Shown: piece by piece, positions 28,621-37,111 of the stretch
Layout: every line of letters starts with the position of its first letter
How positions within the stretch are numbered: the first letter of the stretch is position 1
Notes under the pieces: generated by a model
What the model saw: only the letters and a program-made list of their open reading frames with translations
Told to the model about the DNA's origin: nothing
Databases searched by the model: none
Source: a virus
Lineage: Duplodnaviria; Caudoviricetes
IMG/VR virus record: IMGVR_UViG_3300038674_000192
Location: 1-42,674 of that record
DNA length: 42,674 nucleotides
Strand: one strand, 5' to 3'
Program-made: the position numbers and the translations under genes

Positions 28621-28833
28621 ATGTCGCAGTATCGTTTTAACGCACGACGGCTGATCCTAGATTTGGGGGGGTGCTCTAAGGTCGCCGAGATTGCCGGGGT
28701 CGTTCGCTCCACGCCGTACAAGTGGCAACAGACCGGCAACATCGGAACGGACAATTTGTGTACGATCCTCGAATGGTGTGCCCGCAACAAGGTGAAACTT
28801 GACGTGGGGCAGTACTTCGAGAGGGTCCGGTAA
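28621..28833 (+). CDS. Cro-like helix-turn-helix protein
   Basis: 70 aa; LGGCSKVAEIAGVVRSTPYKWQQTG.I HTH pattern. Confidence 0.75.
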   Translation: MSQYRFNARRLILDLGGCSKVAEIAGVVRSTPYKWQQTGNIGTDNLCTILEWCARNKVKLDVGQYFERVR

Positions 28834-28869
28834 CAGCACACACGCACAACACAACGGGCCTAAAGCAAA

Positions 28870-30852
28870 ATGGAAGAACTCAAGATAACTGACCCGCAGG
28901 TGCTGCAAGACAGCATCTACAACGAGGCGACGCGTTACATCGACAACGGGTGGTCCATCATCCCGCTTGCCCGTGATACTCGCAAGCCTCTTGTCTCCTG
29001 GGAAGTCTATCAGTCTCGTCAGCCCACCGCCGAAGAACTGGAGCGGTGGTTTTCTTTGTGGCCAAACATGAACATCGGTCTGGTGTGCGGCGCGGTGTCA
29101 GGGGTGGTCGTCCTTGACTGCGACAACGCCGAGGCCATGGCTTTTGCGGCCGAGCGTGGTTTGACTTCGCCGTTCGCGGTTCGTACCAAGCGCGGCGTTC
29201 ACTACTACTTCCGCCACCCGATGGACGGGAACCGCTACGGCAACCACGCCGGAGCGAACCCCGGTAGCGATTGGCCGAAGGTTCCGGGGCTCGACTTCCG
29301 GGGCGACGGTGGGTTCGTGGTGCTGCCGCCGTCCGTGCGGATGGACCCCAACACCGGGGAGCCGTGCTTCCAATACGCATGGGAGCCGCGCTACCTCGAT
29401 TGGGACGACTGCGCGGTGTGGAAGGGTGCGCCGCAGCGCGTCAACAACATCGTCAATCTCGACGGGTCTGAGTTCTGCTTCGATGACCTCGACCTTGGCA
29501 TGTGGCGCGCCAAGCATCCCGCCGAATATCTGTCGGTATGGGACAAAACCCGCATGCTCACCGAGGAGCGGGGGTTGATTGACGAGGGCGAAGGGCGCAA
29601 CGCGCTGCTCTGCGACTTCGCCAGCGAAGAAATCATGCGGGGGCTCTCGGGCTTCGAGTTGCGGGCGCGCTGCCTGGTCTTCCAGAACACGTTCTTCCGT
29701 GTTCCCCTGGGCGACCGCGAGTTCGAGCGCACCATTCAGAGTATGGAAGCGGCGGAGCGGCGCAATCATCCTGAGCGCTTCGATGCGCTTGGCCACTACA
29801 TCTACCATAGGGAGCCGCTGACTGCGCCGCAGCTTGAGCCCGAAGTGCAGCTGGCCACCGAACAGAAGGCCAAACTCACCCCTTTCTTCCCTCGGGATGC
29901 GGCCGTCGTTCGGTCTGCGATCCCCGATAAGTTCCTGATCGAACCGATCCTCGCGCCCGCCAGCATCACGGCGATCTTTGGCTACACCGGCCACGGGAAG
30001 TCGCTCGTGGTGCAGGGGCTGATGTGGGCGCTGGCCAACGGGGCGCGTGAGTTTGGTCCCTACCGTATCGACGCTGCGGCGCGGGTGCTCTACTTCGATT
30101 GGGAGAACGGGGCACGCACGATCTGCGACCGCGCCGAGATGTTCAATCGGATGATCGGTGATCCGGGGGAGAACCTTGGCATCTGGTCGCCCGCCCTGCT
30201 CACCGACGAGAGCATCAACATGCACACCAATGAGGGCATCATCCGCTTCTCGGAGTGGACGATTGACTTCAAGCCCGACGTGGTGGTGCTCGATACCGTG
30301 CGCGCTGCGTGGCCTGGGCTCGAAGAAAACAAAGCCGAGGCATGGACGGCGGTCAACCAGCTGGCCTTGCGCCTGCGTAATGCCGGGATCGCCGTGGTGA
30401 TCCTGCACCACGCCAACAAGCCGAACGCCGAAGGGCTCGGCCGGGAGGCCGGAAGCGCGAACCAGCTGTCCAATGTCGAATTGCAGTTGCGCGTGACGCA
30501 GCTGTTTAAGGACGAGGAAGTGGCCAAGGCCAAGGCCGGGAAGTACGACGCGGGGGTTTGGGATCGGCTGTCTCGCAAGGCCGTTGCTCTCGATCCCGAC
30601 AGTCATCTTGTGGCCGCGTTCGAGATCAGCACAGGTAAAGTTCGTAGTCGCAACGACAATCTTTCGGACAGGACCAATATCGGCTACGCTGAGCGTACTA
30701 CCGATGGGACGATGTTCGTGGTTTCCGACATGTCCAAGCGCCAATGGGCGCTTACGGCATTGATCGAAGAAGGCCGGTCCATCGAAACGATTGCGTCTAC
30801 TCTTGGCGTGAGTACGCGCGTGGTGAAAGATTGGTGCTTCGGAGGGAAGTGA
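28870..30852 (+). CDS. Prim-Pol primase fused to an AAA_25/RecA-like helicase
   Basis: WSIIPL..KP, NIGLVCG, VLDCD, GVHYYF, DFRGDGGFVVLPPS; Walker A GYTGHGKS, Walker B VVLD, ILHH; C-terminal HTH. Confidence 0.9.
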   Translation: MEELKITDPQVLQDSIYNEATRYIDNGWSIIPLARDTRKPLVSWEVYQSRQPTAEELERWFSLWPNMNIGLVCGAVSGVVVLDCDNAEAMAFAAERGLTSPFAVRTKRGVHYYFRHPMDGNRYGNHAGANPGSDWPKVPGLDFRGDGGFVVLPPSVRMDPNTGEPCFQYAWEPRYLDWDDCAVWKGAPQRVNNIVNLDGSEFCFDDLDLGMWRAKHPAEYLSVWDKTRMLTEERGLIDEGEGRNALLCDFASEEIMRGLSGFELRARCLVFQNTFFRVPLGDREFERTIQSMEAAERRNHPERFDALGHYIYHREPLTAPQLEPEVQLATEQKAKLTPFFPRDAAVVRSAIPDKFLIEPILAPASITAIFGYTGHGKSLVVQGLMWALANGAREFGPYRIDAAARVLYFDWENGARTICDRAEMFNRMIGDPGENLGIWSPALLTDESINMHTNEGIIRFSEWTIDFKPDVVVLDTVRAAWPGLEENKAEAWTAVNQLALRLRNAGIAVVILHHANKPNAEGLGREAGSANQLSNVELQLRVTQLFKDEEVAKAKAGKYDAGVWDRLSRKAVALDPDSHLVAAFEISTGKVRSRNDNLSDRTNIGYAERTTDGTMFVVSDMSKRQWALTALIEEGRSIETIASTLGVSTRVVKDWCFGGK

Positions 30853-31265
30853 TGGCGGCGAAGAACGGGCGTGGCATGAAGGCCAAGGGCGCGGCATATG
30901 AACGCGAGTTGGCCGACTTCTTCAACGACAATGTGTTCTGCGGGGAGAAGCGCTGCGCCCGTGCGCCGCTGTCTGGCGGCGGGTCCGTCAACATGGTTGC
31001 GGGTGGGGCCGATCTGATCGGCCCGCCTGGGCTGTTCGTTGAGGCCAAGCGCGTGGAGAAGCTGGCGTGGCGCGAAGCCCTGGCGCAAGCGGAGGGGAAT
31101 GCGACGACGCGAAAGACGCCGGACGCGCCTATCGTCATCACTCGGAAAAGTCGGGAACCGATCCATGAGAGCGTTGTCGTGCTCCGCCTGGATCGGTTCC
31201 TGCCGTTCTATGAGGCGTGGCTTCGGGAGATGGGGTACATCAAGCCCCTGACCATCATCCCTTGA
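30852..31265 (+). CDS. PD-(D/E)XK Holliday junction resolvase-like nuclease
   Basis: KGAAYERELA...GADL...VEAKRVE motifs. Confidence 0.75.
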   Translation: MAAKNGRGMKAKGAAYERELADFFNDNVFCGEKRCARAPLSGGGSVNMVAGGADLIGPPGLFVEAKRVEKLAWREALAQAEGNATTRKTPDAPIVITRKSREPIHESVVVLRLDRFLPFYEAWLREMGYIKPLTIIP

Positions 31266-32004
31266 GCGCGTTGAGGTCGCTCCGGAGCTTGCTGTAGCGC
31301 TCGTCTTCCTGGGCCACCAGCGCCGTGATCAACTTGCGCAGGCTGTCCACTTCCGTGAGGAAGTGTTTGTGCTGTTCTTCGGCCTGCTCCTGCAAAGCCA
31401 CGACCGCAGCCGTGATTTTGATCGGCCCGAACATCGCTTCACGCAACGTCACCAGCGCAGCAATGGACAGGCCAGACTCACTGGCCACCCGTTCGTCCGA
31501 GTAGTCGTTGAGGTACATCCCCTTCTCGATGTGGAAATGATCTTCGAGAAGGCCATAGGCTTTGCGCCGGGCTTCACGCGACTTGTCGGTCGGCATAAGA
31601 ACCTCGGTATAGGAAGGGGCGGGAGATTCCCCAACGACCGCAATGCGTTCCTTGAGGACGGGCGTATTGTCGATGACGCTGATCGGGTCCATGGATGGGG
31701 CCTTTTCTTGTTCGATGTGAATGACGTTGTTATCGGTGGCGACCTTGGCCAGCTTCTTGGCGCGACGTTCGGATCGCTTCAGTTCCAGACAGGCGGGGCA
31801 AAGCGCCATCTTACCCTCACCCTCTATGAGCCATCCCTTGTTCATGGCAAACTTGGCCACCACACTCGGCGGGAAGTGTTTGCGTGCCGGGATAACGAAG
31901 GTGTTTGTGCACTCACTGCACGTAACCTCCACAACTGGCTGATCCCGCAGATTGATCTTCTGTGACGATAGCCGGAATTGTCCCGTGTAAAGTTCCTTAG
32001 CCAT
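31255..32004 (-). CDS. Hypothetical protein with Zn-ribbon and possible HTH, translationally coupled to the integrase
   Basis: CSEC...GW...CPAC; YSDERVA..SGL.......RE.MFGP; start overlaps the integrase stop. Confidence 0.7.
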   Translation of the reverse strand: MAKELYTGQFRLSSQKINLRDQPVVEVTCSECTNTFVIPARKHFPPSVVAKFAMNKGWLIEGEGKMALCPACLELKRSERRAKKLAKVATDNNVIHIEQEKAPSMDPISVIDNTPVLKERIAVVGESPAPSYTEVLMPTDKSREARRKAYGLLEDHFHIEKGMYLNDYSDERVASESGLSIAALVTLREAMFGPIKITAAVVALQEQAEEQHKHFLTEVDSLRKLITALVAQEDERYSKLRSDLNALKG

Positions 32005-33017
32005 CACTCCTCCATTGCTGCTGTGAGTTGAGCCGGACCGATGTGCGCATACCGCATCACCATCCGGAGGGTGCTGTGGCCCAACAGTTTGGCCACAACA
32101 TCGAGTTGTTCGCCGCGTTCACGGAGCCGTGTCGCGAACGTGTGTCGGCAGTCGTAGGGAACAAAGCCAGAGACACCCGCTTTGTCCATGATCTCGGACC
32201 AGTCCTTGCCGAGACGATAGCCGCCACGGTAGTCGATCCCTTCGGTGGCAGGCCAGGGTGTTCCATCGGCCCGAAGGAACACCTGCTCTTTCACATGAGC
32301 CAGCGAAGTCAGTTCGTCAATCAGACGAGGGCGCAGCGGCACGGTACGCACCCGCAAGGAACCGCCCTTGAACGAAGACAGCGTAACTACACCCGTAGTC
32401 AGATTGAGGTCACGCCACGTCAAGGCACACGCCTCACCGGGGCGGGCACCCGTCATGAACAGGAACATGACCAGCGGCCGCAGGTACGCATGCGGCCCAG
32501 AGCACGCCTGGATAATCGCCCGCTCCTCTTCGACCGTGGCAAAGCGGAAACGTTCCTCTTCGACGGGAAGCTCAGGAACGTAGGGAACCTTATCGATCCA
32601 CTCACATTTGAATGCATGGTTCAGCATCGCACGCACGGGAACCAGCGCCCGCCGAATGGAGTTCGCCTTCAATCCCACCAATGCCGTTGAGACATACGCT
32701 GTGATGATGGCATTCGTAATGTCAGAGACATACCGAACATTGGCCGTGGCCAGAAAGTCCATGAAGCGGTTGAGATATCCTCGGGTGTTGGCGTCAAGCC
32801 CGGATGGCCTTGTGGCATAAGCGTGCGCCGCCGCTTCCACAGTTGTACGAGTATATCGCGATGGAGAAATGGCCTCGCGATAGATCGTGCTGAGAAAATC
32901 TTCGGCAAGGCGTTTGTTGGACTTGGTTGCTTCAAGGCCAGTGCTTCGGCATATGCGCTTTCCGCCGACGCTTCCGGACACATACCAGACCTTTCCGCGC
33001 TTCTTTACTGAAATCAT
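32004..33017 (-). CDS. int: Tyrosine integrase/recombinase
   Basis: TGARPGE, YDCRHTFAT (H-x-x-R variant), LLGHS, RYAH; N-terminal arm-binding-like KRGKVWY...RSTG. Confidence 0.92.
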   Translation of the reverse strand: MISVKKRGKVWYVSGSVGGKRICRSTGLEATKSNKRLAEDFLSTIYREAISPSRYTRTTVEAAAHAYATRPSGLDANTRGYLNRFMDFLATANVRYVSDITNAIITAYVSTALVGLKANSIRRALVPVRAMLNHAFKCEWIDKVPYVPELPVEEERFRFATVEEERAIIQACSGPHAYLRPLVMFLFMTGARPGEACALTWRDLNLTTGVVTLSSFKGGSLRVRTVPLRPRLIDELTSLAHVKEQVFLRADGTPWPATEGIDYRGGYRLGKDWSEIMDKAGVSGFVPYDCRHTFATRLRERGEQLDVVAKLLGHSTLRMVMRYAHIGPAQLTAAMEE

Positions 33018-33029
33018 ATTGCACCCCCT

Positions 33030-33058
33030 TTGACAAACACAACGACAGATGTTAGATA
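33030..33058 (+). promoter_or_regulatory. Sigma70-like promoter divergent from the integrase
   Basis: TTGACA(33030)-17 bp-TAGATA(33053), with an extended -10 TG at 33050-33051. Confidence 0.65.
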
Positions 33059-33063
33059 GGACG

Positions 33064-33126
33064 TACCGTTGTGTTGTGCCCAAACAATGCGGCTGGCCGG
33101 GAAACCGGCCAGCCGTTTGTTGTTTG
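33064..33126 (+). ncRNA. Putative trans-acting sRNA with a 5' GU-rich seed
   Basis: Lies between a promoter and a terminator with no plausible CDS. The seed CCGTTGTGTTGTGC (33066-33079) is complementary to leaders of several phage genes. Confidence 0.55.
33090..33126 (+). terminator. Rho-independent terminator (possibly bidirectional)
   Basis: CGGCTGGCCGG-GAAA-CCGGCCAGCCG-TTTGTTGTTTG; the T-tract is better on the plus strand. Confidence 0.85.
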
Positions 33127-33129
33127 TCG

Positions 33130-33756
33130 TTAGTCGATGAAGCTCATGATCGGGTGCATCTGCGACGCTTCATCCGGGCCGGAGCGATAGTAGCTGCGAT
33201 GCAGCGTGCGACGCACCAGGTCTTCGACCTGCATCATGTCGTATTCGGTCGGGATGATCCGGCGCGCGTTCAGGGCCAGGACCATCTGCTGCGCGACTTC
33301 CCTGGCCACCTGGGCGAGATACTGGCCATGGACCTGCACGAAACCACCATCGGGGAACGGCAGCGCCTGCTCTTCGGGGCCGTAGATCGGATGCTTCGGC
33401 GCGGTCTTGCCGTCTTCGGCGTCCTGCGCAAAGGGCTGCGGAACGTACATCTTGTCGGCCAGGTAGGCGTTGTCCTGCGGCAAGCCGTACAAGTCGCGCG
33501 CTTCGTCGCGCACGATACGGTCACGATGGCAACGCACCTCCGAGGCCGGAATGTTGGCCATACGATCATGGTACGGCGACAGCGACGGGGTGCCGATCTG
33601 AATGGTGGTGCGGCGACCGTACCCGCTGTAAGACCCGTAGTCGTAGCCGAGCGGGCGGCCGACACTGCGCGGCTTCGGGGTGTGGAAGTTCTCCGAGAGT
33701 TCCTTCGAGGTGATCTCCCGGATAGCTTTGGGGTCTTTGTCGAATTCGTTGCTCAT
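33130..33756 (-). CDS. Hypothetical protein
   Basis: ATG with SD AGGAG; typical codon usage. Confidence 0.65.
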   Translation of the reverse strand: MSNEFDKDPKAIREITSKELSENFHTPKPRSVGRPLGYDYGSYSGYGRRTTIQIGTPSLSPYHDRMANIPASEVRCHRDRIVRDEARDLYGLPQDNAYLADKMYVPQPFAQDAEDGKTAPKHPIYGPEEQALPFPDGGFVQVHGQYLAQVAREVAQQMVLALNARRIIPTEYDMMQVEDLVRRTLHRSYYRSGPDEASQMHPIMSFID

Positions 33757-33845
33757 GTTGTGCTCCTGTTGTGTGTGTTCGTTATTCAGTCGGCAGGCCA
33801 AGGATCGACCTGAGTTCGTTACGTATCTCCCATGAAAGCGTGAGT

Positions 33846-33868
33846 GGAGGCGGGCATTGCCCGCCTCC
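33846..33868. terminator. Intergenic hairpin
   Basis: GGAGGCGGGC-ATT-GCCCGCCTCC just after the lipoprotein stop; no clear U-tract. Confidence 0.5.
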
Positions 33869-33875
33869 TGTCGGG

Positions 33876-34283
33876 CTACTTCACCTGCACGTCGATGTTG
33901 GGCAGGATCGTCGCCGGGCGGAACATCACCCGGTAGTGGTAGGTGCTCACGTCCACGGCGTCCACCTGCTCCACGAAGTAGGTCACGTTGTCCGAGAGGC
34001 CGAGAAAGTGTTTCTTGAACTGGCCACGGGCGGTCTTGCAGGTCACGGTGATCTCGCCGCTCTTGTCGGTGTTACCGAGGGCGCAAAGACCCTCGATGGT
34101 CAGCATGTAGCTGTCCGTGATGCCGTTGTAGAACACGATCCGGCGGGGCACCTCGAAGTTGTCGGCGGCTTGGCTCAGGTTGCGGCTGGCCACGTCGGCA
34201 GCCTTCTCGCAGCCGGTCGCCATCGTGGCCAGGATCGCCAGCAACGACATGAGCATCAGGAAGCCCGGGCGAAACATCGTCAT
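33876..34283 (-). CDS. Conserved phage lipoprotein
   Basis: Signal peptide with lipobox ATG-C; ADVASRNLS.AADNFEV.RRIVFYNGIT and KKHFLGLSDNVTYFVEQ motifs. Confidence 0.8.
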   Translation of the reverse strand: MTMFRPGFLMLMSLLAILATMATGCEKAADVASRNLSQAADNFEVPRRIVFYNGITDSYMLTIEGLCALGNTDKSGEITVTCKTARGQFKKHFLGLSDNVTYFVEQVDAVDVSTYHYRVMFRPATILPNIDVQVK

Positions 34284-34285
34284 CT

Positions 34286-34623
34286 TCAGTCTCCGTTGTG
34301 TTGGTTCAGTTCGACGCCGGTCACGGAAATGCCACCATCGGGTTTGCCCCGCATGCTGACCTTCACCGTCGAGAGGGGACCCTCTGGAACCGGCATGTCC
34401 CGAAGGATATTGTTGAGTTTGGCGATCAGCCGCATGTGGTTGATCGTCTGATCGGCCGACGCCTGGGTCAGCAACACCGCACCACACCAGGGGCAGACCT
34501 TGCCGACGTGGCCAGAACGTCGGCCTCGGTCTTCACATCGACCTCCTCACTGTAGTTGCATCCGGGCTCATCGCAGACGAGAGCCCGGATGGAGAACTCA
34601 GCGCCCATCTTATTCGGTTCCAT
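34286..34623 (-). pseudogene. Frameshifted Zn-finger protein (CDEPGC...CPWCG)
   Basis: MEPNK...LVCDEPGCNY...DVLA continues as HVGKVCPWCGAVLLTQ in another frame. One base appears to be missing at ~34510. Confidence 0.65.
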
Positions 34624-35089
34624 TGTCTTGACCTCCGTTTCCATGTTCATTGTCGCGCCGCTTGAAGAAAGCCTCAGCCTTCTCACAATCCTCCGTATAG
34701 AGGCGCTTGGAGAACGCCACATCTTCCGAAAGACTGGCGTCCTGTTCCGAAAGACTGGCGTCCTGATATTCGTTGACGGCACGAAGGATAGCGCCGGTCA
34801 ACGTCTGCGACCGCCGCTCGGCAACCGTAAGTACATTGATGTACCTTCCGTGCATGTCCTTGAGGCGAACGTACAGGTCTTTGACCTCCTCCTGATACTT
34901 ATCGGCCAGCGCGCAATACTTGGCCGAAATCTTCTCGACCTCATCGGCGTGCTGGAGGCGCATTTTTTTGCTGGCCACAGCCAACTCGTTGTACGAGCAG
35001 CGCAGGTTCACCAGGAAACCAAACCCGATCAGCAGGCCGAGCAACAGGCCAAGAAAACCGGCGGCCACAGCGATACCCATTTCTTCCAC
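34610..35089 (-). CDS. Hypothetical membrane-anchored coiled-coil protein
   Basis: N-terminal TM helix; contains an exact 21-bp duplication at 34724-34765 (QDASLSE x2). Confidence 0.65.
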   Translation of the reverse strand: MEEMGIAVAAGFLGLLLGLLIGFGFLVNLRCSYNELAVASKKMRLQHADEVEKISAKYCALADKYQEEVKDLYVRLKDMHGRYINVLTVAERRSQTLTGAILRAVNEYQDASLSEQDASLSEDVAFSKRLYTEDCEKAEAFFKRRDNEHGNGGQDNGTE

Positions 35090-35097
35090 TTCTCACC

Positions 35098-37053
35098 TCA
35101 CATGCTGGTGACGGCGATCAGGTCGCCGTTGTCGGCCATATACCTGTCACCGAGGATCATCTTGCCGATCTGGTCGAGGACGTTCTTGGACAGGTCATCC
35201 AGGTCTTCAAGCACGACGTACTTCGGATAGAACTGCTTCACCGCATCGCTGTTGATGCCGATGCCGATGATGTGCGTGCCGCTCTTGGCGATGTCCGCGA
35301 CCACGTTGCGAAGATGCTGGTACAGATGCTTGGTTCCATAGCTGCACCACGACGCCGGGAAACCGTCCGACAGAACCAGCATGATTTTCTTCGGTTCGGG
35401 CCGAGAGGCCAGCCGCGCGTAGGCGTAAAGCAGGGCCTCACTGTCGCTGTTGTCGCCGCCGGAACAGGACGAGATCGCTCCCATTGCCGTGTGCGCTTCC
35501 CGCAGGCGCTCGCCATAGTCCTTGAACACGTACATGTCCAGCGGAGACCACCGAGAATACTCGTGGTCGGCGTTGCTTTCGTCATTCACGAACTTCTCGA
35601 CCATCTTGTCCACATGGCCAGAGCGATTGCAGAAACCGAGAACCTCGTAGGCGATGCCGGTCTTATCCAGCGCTTCGCACAGACAGATCGCCGCCTGCTC
35701 GGCCAACTGCACCTTGGGACCGCTCATCGACCCCGACAGATCGATCAGCATCGAGATCGCCGTATTGAGAGCCGGAGCCTCACGCCGCTCCTTGAACACG
35801 GTCGGGACGCCGGTCACGGCGGCGACCAGACGCTTGCTGTCCAGACGCCCGTACTCCTTACTACCGTCCCACTCACGCCGCTGCTTGGCCTGGATCGCGC
35901 GCTCCAGCTTGCGCCGCATGACGCCGACCTTGCCGCCAGTCTTGGCCACGATGTTGGCGTACCGCTCACGTCCGCTGCCATGCTGAAGGCGAAGGCCAAA
36001 CGTGTAGTCACGCCAATCGTAGGCGAGGTACTTCCCACGAACATCCTTGCGGGTGTGCCACTTGTCGGACGCTCGGGTGATGGGGCGATACACCTTGTCC
36101 CCCGAGCCGAGCATGCCGCCGAGCGCATGTTCCAGGTTCAGGTCCACGGCGAACGGCTCGACCGTGGCAGAGGGCGGCGCGCCGTCTTCGGTGTCGTATC
36201 CCGACTTCGCGCCGTGACCGCCCTGGGTCTTGTCGGCGTTCGGATCGCCATCGGGGCGGCGGTTCAAATCGGCCGTACCACCACCGCCATCACCCGCGAC
36301 GGGCTGCTGTTCCTGGTCCTTCTCGTCTTCATCGCCATTGAGATCGTCATTGAGGATTTCCTTGACGATGGTCTTGGCAATGTCGATCACGTCGCTGGTG
36401 CCGGGCTTGCCGTCGTAGACGTGCTGGCCGTTCTCCTCACGGCCGACTTCACCGCGAGCCAGGCTGACCATCTTCGCCCACCGCTCGGCCTTGGCGCGCA
36501 GCTTCGGGTCGAGCTTGGCAATGGCCTCGTCCAGGGCCTCGCTGTTGTAGCCCATCGCCTTGCGGCCCATCCACGTCGTGGCCAGCGGGGCGAGTCGTTC
36601 GGTGTCGGACCACACCGACTCGTCCTTGCCGTGCGTGTCCATGAAGTGACGGATCACCTGATCGGTGGTTGCGACCAGGTTCTTCTGCGCACCCGGATAC
36701 GCATCGGTGGTGATCTTCTCGATGCGCAGGTCTTCGAGGGCGTTGATGGTGGTAGCCAGAAGGTGGTTCTCGGCCTTGGTAGCCTTCTCCTTCTCGCGCT
36801 CGAACAACGGCATGTCGGTGTGCTTGATGTGCGCAGCCTCATGATCCACATAGCCGCGCGACACCATCACCTGGCCATGGGTCAGGGTCTTGTTGTGGTC
36901 GAGAGACGGAAAGACGATGGTGTTGCCGACCGTGCCCGCCTGATCGCCCTGGAAGATAACATTCACGGTGCCGTCACGGCCAAAGGTGCGAGCCGTCTCG
37001 CGCACCTCATGCTCGAACAGCGCCGGAGAGTTGGCGTTGAAAACTTTGTTCAT
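35098..37053 (-). CDS. cobT: CobT-like protein: N-terminal HExxH metallopeptidase-like domain plus C-terminal vWA domain
   Basis: DHEAAH...NALEDLRIE; GRLDSKRL; MIDAS IDLSGSM; LSDGFP. Confidence 0.8.
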   Translation of the reverse strand: MNKVFNANSPALFEHEVRETARTFGRDGTVNVIFQGDQAGTVGNTIVFPSLDHNKTLTHGQVMVSRGYVDHEAAHIKHTDMPLFEREKEKATKAENHLLATTINALEDLRIEKITTDAYPGAQKNLVATTDQVIRHFMDTHGKDESVWSDTERLAPLATTWMGRKAMGYNSEALDEAIAKLDPKLRAKAERWAKMVSLARGEVGREENGQHVYDGKPGTSDVIDIAKTIVKEILNDDLNGDEDEKDQEQQPVAGDGGGGTADLNRRPDGDPNADKTQGGHGAKSGYDTEDGAPPSATVEPFAVDLNLEHALGGMLGSGDKVYRPITRASDKWHTRKDVRGKYLAYDWRDYTFGLRLQHGSGRERYANIVAKTGGKVGVMRRKLERAIQAKQRREWDGSKEYGRLDSKRLVAAVTGVPTVFKERREAPALNTAISMLIDLSGSMSGPKVQLAEQAAICLCEALDKTGIAYEVLGFCNRSGHVDKMVEKFVNDESNADHEYSRWSPLDMYVFKDYGERLREAHTAMGAISSCSGGDNSDSEALLYAYARLASRPEPKKIMLVLSDGFPASWCSYGTKHLYQHLRNVVADIAKSGTHIIGIGINSDAVKQFYPKYVVLEDLDDLSKNVLDQIGKMILGDRYMADNGDLIAVTSM

Positions 37054-37111
37054 GTCATGACTCCGTTGTGTGATGTGAGGGGGAGGCAGCGCCTCCCCCC
37101 CCCGCCGGATA

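Noticed and set aside
33780-33801. Resemblance to the Nmad5 5' end (CGTTATTCAG...GCCA; RLNNE)
   Set aside because: Too short to distinguish a relic from chance. The real start of the downstream gene is more likely 33756, which has an SD.
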